Assembly (NCBI GenBank): GCA_963978095.1
Contig: CAXBQP010000017.1
Span: 1-51,334, forward strand
Direction of reading: 5' to 3'
Length of the DNA stretch: 51,334 nucleotides
From: an uncultured bacterium
GTDB taxonomy: Bacteria; Gemmatimonadota; Gemmatimonadetes; Gemmatimonadales; Gemmatimonadaceae
Below the pieces are notes generated by a model. That model was not told the origin of the DNA. It worked only from the letters and a program-made list of their open reading frames with translations, and ran no database searches. The first letter of the stretch is position 1; each line of letters opens with the position of its first letter. A program made the position numbers and the translations under genes. Shown piece by piece: positions 44,319-51,334 of this stretch.

Positions 44319-45949
44319 GCAGCAGCGGGGGGCGCGGCCGTGGGGGAGCTGCGGTGGTCGCGGCCGGGATCCTGCTGAGCCGGCTCTTCGGGCTCGTCCG
44401 CGGCCGACTGCTCGCGCACTATCTGGGAGTGGGACCCGTCAACGACGCGCTGCAAGCCGCCATCCGGATCCCCAACTTTTTACAGAATCTCTTCGGCGAG
44501 GGCGTCCTCTCCGCCTCGTTCATTCCGGTCTATGCGCGGATCCTCGCGCAGGGGGATGACGAAGAAGCGGGGAAGGTGGCGGGCGCAGTCGGCGCGTTGC
44601 TGGCTTTGACGAGCGGCGTCCTGGTGCTGGTCGGCATCGTGGCGTCGCCGTACGCCATCCCGCTGATCGCCGGCGGCTTCACCGGGGAGAAACGCGAGCT
44701 GACGATTCAGCTCGTCCAGATCATGTTCCCGGGGGTCGGACTGCTGGTGCTGTCGGCGTGGGCACTCGGCGTGCTGAATGCCCATCGCCGGTTCTTCCTG
44801 TCGTATGCGTCGCCGGTGGCGATGAATCTCGTGATGATCGCGGTGCTGCTCTGGCGCGGTCCTGAACTCGCGGAGTCGCCGCGCGGGGCGGTGCGGCTGG
44901 TCACACTCGTCGCGTGGGCCTCGGTCGCAGGGAGCCTGGCACAGCTTGCCGTGCAGCTCCCCACGGTGCTGCGTGTCGAGCGCCGATTGCGGGCGGGGCT
45001 CGGCACGCGCAATGCCCATGTCCGGATGGTCCTTCGGAACTTCATCCCGGTATTCCTCGGTCGCGGGGTGGTCCAGCTCAGTGCGTACGCCGACGGCCTG
45101 ATCGCGTCCTTCGTATCCGATGGTGCGGTCACATTGCTGGCGAACGCGCAAGTCATCGCCGTGCTGCCCGTGTCCCTGTTCGGCATGGCGGTGTCGGCCT
45201 CGCAGCTCCCCGCGATGTCCGGTGAGCTCGGCGATGACGCCACGGTGTCGGCTGCGCTCCGCGCCCGACTCGACGATGGACTCCGGCGGATCGCCTTTTA
45301 CGTTGTACCCTCCTCGATGGCATTCTTCGCTCTCGGCGACATCGTGGGCGGACTGCTCTACCAAACCGGCCACTTCCAGGCGCAGGACACACTCTGGCTC
45401 TGGAGTGTTCTGGCGGGGGCTGCCGTGGGTCTCCTTGCCGGGACGCTCGGGCGATTGTACGCATCCACGTGGTACGCCCTGCGCAATACGCGCGTGCCTC
45501 TGCAGTTCGCCATGGTTCGCGTCGCGCTCACGGTGGTGCTCGGGGTGATTGCGTCGCTGCATGTTCCTGCGTGGCTGGGGGTGGATGCCAAGTGGGGGGC
45601 CGCAGGGCTCACGGCGTCGGCAGGAGTCGCGGCATGGGTGGAGTTCACGTTGCTGCGTCGTTCAATGGCCACCCGGATCGGGGCACCGCCCGTGGAAGGC
45701 GCGTACCTGCGCGCGCTGTGGAAGAGCGCTGGGATTGCCGCACTGGTGGCGCTCCTGGTCAAGGCCGGGTTCCAATGGGGTGCGTGGCACGAGGTGCACC
45801 TGATGCGTGTCGGCGCGGAGCCGATGCAGCTCGGTCTTGTGGCGCTTCCGCTCTATGGCCTCGTCTATCTCGCCCTCACCCGACGTGAAGGAATCGCCGA
45901 GGCGACCGCGGTGAGCGGACGCCTCGCGCGTCTCCTCGCGCGGCGGTAA
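44315..45949 (+). CDS. murJ: Lipid II flippase MurJ
   Basis: SRLFGLVR, RIPNFLQNLFGEGVLSASFIP, LPVSLFG; many TM helices. Confidence 0.93.
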   Translation: MSSSGGRGRGGAAVVAAGILLSRLFGLVRGRLLAHYLGVGPVNDALQAAIRIPNFLQNLFGEGVLSASFIPVYARILAQGDDEEAGKVAGAVGALLALTSGVLVLVGIVASPYAIPLIAGGFTGEKRELTIQLVQIMFPGVGLLVLSAWALGVLNAHRRFFLSYASPVAMNLVMIAVLLWRGPELAESPRGAVRLVTLVAWASVAGSLAQLAVQLPTVLRVERRLRAGLGTRNAHVRMVLRNFIPVFLGRGVVQLSAYADGLIASFVSDGAVTLLANAQVIAVLPVSLFGMAVSASQLPAMSGELGDDATVSAALRARLDDGLRRIAFYVVPSSMAFFALGDIVGGLLYQTGHFQAQDTLWLWSVLAGAAVGLLAGTLGRLYASTWYALRNTRVPLQFAMVRVALTVVLGVIASLHVPAWLGVDAKWGAAGLTASAGVAAWVEFTLLRRSMATRIGAPPVEGAYLRALWKSAGIAALVALLVKAGFQWGAWHEVHLMRVGAEPMQLGLVALPLYGLVYLALTRREGIAEATAVSGRLARLLARR

Positions 45950-45956
45950 CGGTCGC

Positions 45957-47840
45957 ATGCGTCAGGTTCCCGAGGTGATCGCTGCCAAGCTCGCGCATCT
46001 GCCGGATACGCCAGGGGTGTACCTCTGGAAGGATGCCGAAGGTGCCGTGCTGTACGTCGGGAAGGCCAAGCGACTGAGGCCACGCGTTCGCAGCTACTTC
46101 GCGTCGGATCACGACGCCAGTCCGAAGACCCGCATGATGGTCGAGCTGGCGACGGACCTCGAAACGATCGTCGTCCCGTCGGAGCAGCACGCGCTGATCC
46201 TCGAGTACAACCTGATCAAGGAGCATAGGCCCCGCTTCAACATCGTACTGCGCGACGACAAGTCGTACCCGTACGTGAAGGTCACGGTGCAGGAGCCGTA
46301 CCCGCGCGTGTTCGTGACGCGGCGTTTGCTGAACGACGGGGCGCGTTACTTCGGCCCGTACACCGATGTGGCGGCGATGCGCCAAGCGCTCAACGTCGTG
46401 AAGCGGATCTTCACGGTGCGCTCGTGCCGGTATGCGATGCCAGACGAGATGCCGGAGCGGGCCTGTCTGGATTACTACATCAAGCGGTGCAAGGGGCCGT
46501 GCGTCGGACAGCAGTCGCGCGCCGATTACCGCGCGATGATCGACGAGGTCGTGGTCTTCCTCGATGGGCGGACCGATGAGGTCGTGCGGCGCGTCAGAGC
46601 GCGCATGTCGGACGCGGCGGACGCCTTGCAGTTCGAGCGGGCCGCCGAGTTGCGGGACGCGCTGGCGCACCTGCAGAAGTTGGAGGAGCCGACCGTCATC
46701 CTCGACGTCGAGGGGGGCGAGCGTGACGTGGTCGGCTACGCCCGCGATGGCGACGACGCTTGCGTGGCGATCATCCGGATCCGCGGCGGCAAGTTGCTCG
46801 GGCGCGATCACCGCTTTCTTGAGCGTGTGGAGGAGGAACCCGATGCGGTGGTGCTCGGCGCGTATCTCGCGACCAGCTACATCGGTGCGGAGGAGCGGGG
46901 CCGGGAACTGTTGCTCCCTTTCGATTTCGAGGATCGGACGGTGTTCGAGACGACGATTCCAGGAACCGCGGTGTTGATTCCGCAGCGGGGCGCTCGTCGC
47001 GAACTGATCGACCTGGCCGAGCAGAACGCGCGGCATTTGCTCGAGGAGTTCAAGCTTGCCGGGGTTGAGGTGGACGAGCGGGCTGCCGATCCCGTGTACG
47101 AGCTGGGCCGCGAGCTGGGGCTGCACAAGATCCCCCGCGCGCTCGTCTGTTTCGACATGTCGACCGCGCAGGGGAAGGACAATGTCGGCTCGATCGTCTG
47201 GTTCGAGAATGGTCGTCCGAAGCGGAGCGAGTACCGTACCATGCGGGTCAAGAGCGTCGATGAAGCGCACGGTCCCGATGATTTTGCGTCGATGCGCGAG
47301 GTCGTGCATCGCTTCTTCCGCCGGCGGTTGGAGGAGAACAAACCGCTGCCGGACCTGGTCGTGATCGACGGCGGCAAAGGGCAGCTGGGCGCGGCGCTCG
47401 AGGCGCTGACCGGGCTGGGGCTCGCGAGCCACCCGCTCATCTCGCTGGCCAAGAAGGACGAGGAAATCTTCATGCCCGGACGCTCAGGCTCGCTGCGGCT
47501 CCCGCGACGGTCACCGGCGCTTCGTCTCCTGCAACAGGCACGGGACGAAGCGCATCGCACGGCCGTCGGGTATAATCGAAAGCGGCGCACTCTGCGTACG
47601 GTCACATCGGAGCTCTTGAAGATCCCCGGCGTCGGTCCGGTGAAACGCCGTGCCCTCTTGTCGCACTTCGGGTCCATCCAGGGCATTCGCGATGCCACGC
47701 CAGAGGCGGTCGCGGCGCTCCCCGGATGGTCGATCGCTTCAGCACGGAAGATGCTTGATGCGTTGAAAGCGTCAGACCCGACGGCGCCGGCCGTCGCCAT
47801 CGTTCCTCCCCAGTCGACCCCCGAACCTCACCTCCCGTGA
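45957..47840 (+). CDS. uvrC: Excinuclease ABC subunit C
   Basis: PGVY...YVGKA (GIY-YIG), DDKSYPY, FERAAELRD, IDGGKGQ, RDEAHR, HhH IPGVG. Confidence 0.97.
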   Translation: MRQVPEVIAAKLAHLPDTPGVYLWKDAEGAVLYVGKAKRLRPRVRSYFASDHDASPKTRMMVELATDLETIVVPSEQHALILEYNLIKEHRPRFNIVLRDDKSYPYVKVTVQEPYPRVFVTRRLLNDGARYFGPYTDVAAMRQALNVVKRIFTVRSCRYAMPDEMPERACLDYYIKRCKGPCVGQQSRADYRAMIDEVVVFLDGRTDEVVRRVRARMSDAADALQFERAAELRDALAHLQKLEEPTVILDVEGGERDVVGYARDGDDACVAIIRIRGGKLLGRDHRFLERVEEEPDAVVLGAYLATSYIGAEERGRELLLPFDFEDRTVFETTIPGTAVLIPQRGARRELIDLAEQNARHLLEEFKLAGVEVDERAADPVYELGRELGLHKIPRALVCFDMSTAQGKDNVGSIVWFENGRPKRSEYRTMRVKSVDEAHGPDDFASMREVVHRFFRRRLEENKPLPDLVVIDGGKGQLGAALEALTGLGLASHPLISLAKKDEEIFMPGRSGSLRLPRRSPALRLLQQARDEAHRTAVGYNRKRRTLRTVTSELLKIPGVGPVKRRALLSHFGSIQGIRDATPEAVAALPGWSIASARKMLDALKASDPTAPAVAIVPPQSTPEPHLP

Positions 47841-48982
47841 CTGCATCGTCTTGGTCCCTGCATTGCTCCGCCTGCGCGTACACCGTGCCCGGCGATCGAT
47901 TGGCCTCCCTCTGTCCGGACTGCGGGCAACCGCTCATGGTCAAGCTTGCCGCGGTTCCGCGGTCGGCGATCGGGACGCAGCCCGACATGTGGCGGTATGC
48001 CGCTGCCCTTCCGATTCGCGAGGGGGAAGCTCGTACGAATCGTGGCGAAGGGATGACGGCGCTCACCGAACTCCCGGAACTCGCGCAGGAGATCGGCGTT
48101 GCCCGCCTCTGGGTGAAGGACGAGGGGCTCAATCCGACGGCGAGCTTCAAGGCGCGCGGGCTGTCCATGGCCATCACGCGCGCCAAAGCGCTCGGATTGC
48201 CGGGAGTCTGCGTGCCCACGGCGGGCAACGCGGGGATCGCGCTTGCGGCCTACGCCGCCGCCGCTCGCATGCCGGCGCGGGTGTATGCGCCGATCACCAC
48301 GCCGCCTCCGATCCTCGGCAGTATTCGCGCGTACGGCGCCGAACTGCACCTGGTGGAGGGCCACATCGGAGATGCGGGAAAAGCCACCATGCAGTTCGCC
48401 AAGGAAAGTGGGTATTTCAACGTCGCCACCGTGCGAGAGCCGTATCGGGTCGAAGGGATGAAGACGATGGGGTATGAGGTAGCCGAACAGCTCGACTGGC
48501 ACTTGCCCGATGCAGTCGTGTATCCCACCGGTGGAGGCGAAGGGACCATTGGCATCTGGAAGGCTTTCAACGAGATGGTGGACTGGGGCTGGCTGGAGCC
48601 GGACACGCGTCTGCCCAAGATGGTCATCGCGCAGGCCGCAGGCTGTCAACCGCTGGTGCGCGCGTTCCACGATGGCGCAGACCGGGCCACCCCGTGGGAG
48701 AATCCCACCACCCACGCCAGCGGGCTGCGGGTGCCCGGGCCGCTGGGCGACCGCCTGACGCTCCGTACACTCCGTGAGAGCCGAGGTGGTGCGTTCGCGT
48801 GTGACGAAGACGAGATTCGGCGCGGTACCTTCCGCCTCGCGTCCGCGAGCGGCATCGACGCTGCCCCTGAAGGGGGATGCGGCTTGGAGGTCGCGCGCAA
48901 GATGGTGGCGGCGGGACTCGTGCGCGCTGACGCCGAGGTGGTGGTCTTCAATACCGGATCGGGCGCGTCGTACCGCTGGTGA
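47837..48982 (+). CDS. thrC: Threonine synthase (PLP-dependent)
   Basis: EGLNPTASFKARG, TAGNAG, EGMKTMGYE, YPTGGG, VFNTGSG; N-terminal CxxC pairs. Confidence 0.85.
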   Translation: MTASSWSLHCSACAYTVPGDRLASLCPDCGQPLMVKLAAVPRSAIGTQPDMWRYAAALPIREGEARTNRGEGMTALTELPELAQEIGVARLWVKDEGLNPTASFKARGLSMAITRAKALGLPGVCVPTAGNAGIALAAYAAAARMPARVYAPITTPPPILGSIRAYGAELHLVEGHIGDAGKATMQFAKESGYFNVATVREPYRVEGMKTMGYEVAEQLDWHLPDAVVYPTGGGEGTIGIWKAFNEMVDWGWLEPDTRLPKMVIAQAAGCQPLVRAFHDGADRATPWENPTTHASGLRVPGPLGDRLTLRTLRESRGGAFACDEDEIRRGTFRLASASGIDAAPEGGCGLEVARKMVAAGLVRADAEVVVFNTGSGASYRW

Positions 48983-49050
48983 GCGACCACTAGGGGCACG
49001 TGGCGGGGGGCGCCGTTTGACCGTCGACGGTCGACGGCCCCCTCGACGTT

Positions 49051-49056
49051 TATATT
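49051..49056 (+). promoter_or_regulatory. -10 element of a probable leaderless larC promoter
   Basis: TATATT-N6-ATG(49063), with no SD. Confidence 0.5.
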
Positions 49057-49062
49057 GCGGAC

Positions 49063-50244
49063 ATGACCAAGATCGCGATCTTCGATCCCTTTTCGGGGAT
49101 CGCCGGCGACATGACCCTCGGCGCGCTGCTCGACCTCGGACTCGATCCGGATTGGTTGCAGGCGCTGCCCGCCGCACTGCAACTGGACGGCGTGGGCGTT
49201 CGGCTCTCGCGCGTGAAACGAGGGGAGATTGCGGGGTGGAAGGTGGATTTCGATATCCCCCCGCAGCCGCATGGTCGTCATCTGAAACACATCAAAGCGA
49301 TCGTTGACGCCGCGCCGGCACCTGATGCGGTGAAATCGCGCGCCATGCGCGTCTTCGAGGCGGTGACGACCGTCGAAGCCTCGATCCACGGCACCACGCT
49401 CGAAAAGGTCCATTTGCACGAGGTTGGCGCGGTGGATGCCATTCTTGACGTGGTCGGTAGCGTGTGGGGGTTATCGTTGCTTGGCGTGGACGAGGTCTAC
49501 AACACCACGATCGCCGTGGGCGACGGCTTCATCGATGCCGCGCACGGAAGGCTCGCGGTCCCTGCGCCGGCCACGTTGCGTCTCCTCGAAGGGCTGTCGG
49601 TGCGTTCCGGTCCCGAGCACAGCGGTGAACTCACGACCCCCACTGGCGCCGCGCTCCTGAAGGTGCTTTCGCTCGGCGCGCCTCCCGTCGAGTACCGTCC
49701 CCTCAAGAGTGGATACGGCGCAGGAACCAAGGATTTCGCCGGGCGTGCCAATGCGCTGCGTGTCATTCTCGCGGAGGTCGAGAGCGCCACGGCGACGCGC
49801 GAGACGCTGCACGTGCTGGCGGCCGATCTCGACGATATCTCGGGCGAGTATGTGGCCGCCGCAGCGGACGCCCTCCGCGCGGCGGGCGCCCTCGATGTCA
49901 CATTGCTCCACACGCTGATGAAGAAGGGGCGGCCCGGCGTTCGGATCGAGGTGCTCTGCAAACCCTCGGACTCCCCCACGTTGGAGAACCTGCTGCTCCG
50001 GGAAAGCACGACGATCGGGGTGCGCCGGACGGAAGTGCAACGTCGGGCGCTTGAGCGTCGGGCAGGGACCGTGCAGGTCTTCGGCCACATGGTCGCGACC
50101 AAGACCGTGGCCCTTCCCGGCGGCGGAGAGCGCACGAAACCGGAATACGACGATGTCGCGCGGGTCGCAGCCGCGACGGGACGCCCGGCCTCCGCCGTGC
50201 TCGCCGAGGTCTCCCGACGCTCGGAAGTCATTGTTTCTGATTGA
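49063..50244 (+). CDS. larC: Nickel-pincer cofactor biosynthesis protein LarC
   Basis: FSGIAGDMTLGAL, VHLHEVGAVDAILD, AHG..VPAPAT, ELTTPTGAA, MKKGRPG, STTIGVR, KPEYDD. Confidence 0.93.
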   Translation: MTKIAIFDPFSGIAGDMTLGALLDLGLDPDWLQALPAALQLDGVGVRLSRVKRGEIAGWKVDFDIPPQPHGRHLKHIKAIVDAAPAPDAVKSRAMRVFEAVTTVEASIHGTTLEKVHLHEVGAVDAILDVVGSVWGLSLLGVDEVYNTTIAVGDGFIDAAHGRLAVPAPATLRLLEGLSVRSGPEHSGELTTPTGAALLKVLSLGAPPVEYRPLKSGYGAGTKDFAGRANALRVILAEVESATATRETLHVLAADLDDISGEYVAAAADALRAAGALDVTLLHTLMKKGRPGVRIEVLCKPSDSPTLENLLLRESTTIGVRRTEVQRRALERRAGTVQVFGHMVATKTVALPGGGERTKPEYDDVARVAAATGRPASAVLAEVSRRSEVIVSD

Positions 50245-50269
50245 TTTCCGACGTTGATGATGATAACTT
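50241..50269 (+). promoter_or_regulatory. sigma70 promoter with extended -10 for the DUF512 gene
   Basis: TTGATT-N17-TAACTT with TGn immediately before the -10; ATG 9 nt downstream; AT-rich island. Confidence 0.55.
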
Positions 50270-50278
50270 ACATCAACT

Positions 50279-51334
50279 ATGGTCAGGGTCGCGCGGGTTC
50301 AGCCCGATAGCATTGCTGCCGAGCTGGGCATCGTCGCCGGAACGGAACTGATTTCCGTCAATGGGCGCGCGATTGAGGACTTCCTGGATTGGGAGTTCCT
50401 GACCGCCGTGGATGCCCTGGAGATCGAGGCCAAGTTCCCATCCGGGGAGCAGGTGATCTTCGACGTCGAGCGCCCGGAGGACGAGTCGTTCGGGCTGGAG
50501 CTCGAGCCGCCCACGGTCCGGCGTTGCGCCAATCGCTGCGAGTTTTGCTTCGTCGAAGGCCTCCCGAAGGGGCTGCGCCGGCCGCTGTACATCCGCGACG
50601 ACGACTACCGGCTCTCCTTCGCGTACGGGAATTTCGCGACCCTCTCGAATCTTCGTGAACACGATTTCCAGCGAATCCTCGAGTACCGGCTCTCGCCGTT
50701 GTACGTCTCGGTCCATGCAACGCCGTGGGAGGCGCGCAAGAAGCTGTTGAACAATCCCCGGGTCCCGAACATCATCGAGCAACTCACGCGGCTCGCGGAT
50801 GGGGGGATCCAGTTCCACGGGCAGATGGTGGTGGTGCCGGGACTCAACGACGGCGAGGTCCTCGAGCAGTCGCTCGCCGATCTCTGGAACATGGGGGACG
50901 CCTGTCTCTCGGTGGCGCTCGTTCCGGTCGGTTTGACGCAGTTCTCGCACCTGTACACCGGTGAGTCCATGAATGTCGAGAACGCCTCCAACTTGCTGGC
51001 CGTCGCGGAACGGTGGGCGGAGAAAGCGCGCGCCGAACGTGGAATCACGTGGGTGTATGGGTCGGACGAACTGTATTTGCTGGCAGAGCGCGAACTGCCG
51101 GACGCGGAGTTCTACGACGATTTCGCGCAGATCGAGAACGGAATCGGCGCGATCGCCACGCTCCGTCGCCGTGTGGCGGAGGGGGCGGAGCGTCTCCCGC
51201 GGCTCGACGGCAAGCGGATCGGGGTCGTGACCGGGACTTCGATGGCTCCGCTGATGCCGCCGCTGCTCGACCAGTTGGCCGCGGCGACCGGTGCGACATT
51301 CGAGCTGATCGCGACCGCGAACTCGCTCTTCGGT
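50279..51334 (+). CDS. PDZ + radical-SAM-like DUF512 protein; runs off the window end and is absent from the ORF track
   Basis: Manual translation MVRVARVQPDSIAAELGIVAGTELISVNG (PDZ)...RRCANRCEFCFVEGLPKGLRRPLYIRDDDYRLSFAYGNFATLSN...SPLYVSVHA...QIENGIG; contains CxxxCxxC. Confidence 0.9.
   Translation, partial: MVRVARVQPDSIAAELGIVAGTELISVNGRAIEDFLDWEFLTAVDALEIEAKFPSGEQVIFDVERPEDESFGLELEPPTVRRCANRCEFCFVEGLPKGLRRPLYIRDDDYRLSFAYGNFATLSNLREHDFQRILEYRLSPLYVSVHATPWEARKKLLNNPRVPNIIEQLTRLADGGIQFHGQMVVVPGLNDGEVLEQSLADLWNMGDACLSVALVPVGLTQFSHLYTGESMNVENASNLLAVAERWAEKARAERGITWVYGSDELYLLAERELPDAEFYDDFAQIENGIGAIATLRRRVAEGAERLPRLDGKRIGVVTGTSMAPLMPPLLDQLAAATGATFELIATANSLFG

Noticed and set aside
49006..49043. 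Palindrome GACCGTCGACGGTC and flanking imperfect stem between thrC and larC as a REP/MITE or operator
   Set aside because: Single copy in the window with no target duplication; may simply be a terminator-like stem.

Overview
From ~1.48 kb to the end, this is a core chromosomal segment of a Gemmatimonadota bacterium, judged from 16S signatures and gene order. It carries a truncated TonB/Oar-like receptor with a secreted partner, lpxH, a thioesterase, lptE, rfaE2, rph, rdgB, tRNA-Pro/Arg/Lys, hemH-hemA (minus strand), a MatB-like ligase and a complete 16S-23S-5S operon with no spacer tRNAs. After the rRNA operon come era-trm112-GGDEF-zinc-ribbon, frameshifted prfB, lysS, lolCE/D, mcsA-mcsB-clpC, bamA-skp-lpxD-lpxC/fabZ-lpxA-gnnA-lpxB-DUF374-lpxK, gdh, rlmH, bshC, murJ, uvrC, thrC, larC and a truncated PDZ/radical-SAM DUF512 gene. 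The first ~1.48 kb is a mosaic of unrelated fragments (secretin N-domains, rpsA 3' end, tilS internal piece), most likely a chimeric artefact. No CRISPR array, IS element or integrase was found. The most notable observations are an animal/mitochondrial-type [2Fe-2S] ferrochelatase, a receptor barrel with an LTXXQ (Spy/CpxP-like) C-terminal extension, two probable CTG starts in CTGA overlaps, recurring leaderless promoter architecture, and a CtsR-less McsAB-ClpC module inside the outer-membrane biogenesis cluster. All calls are from manual motif recognition; no searches were run.
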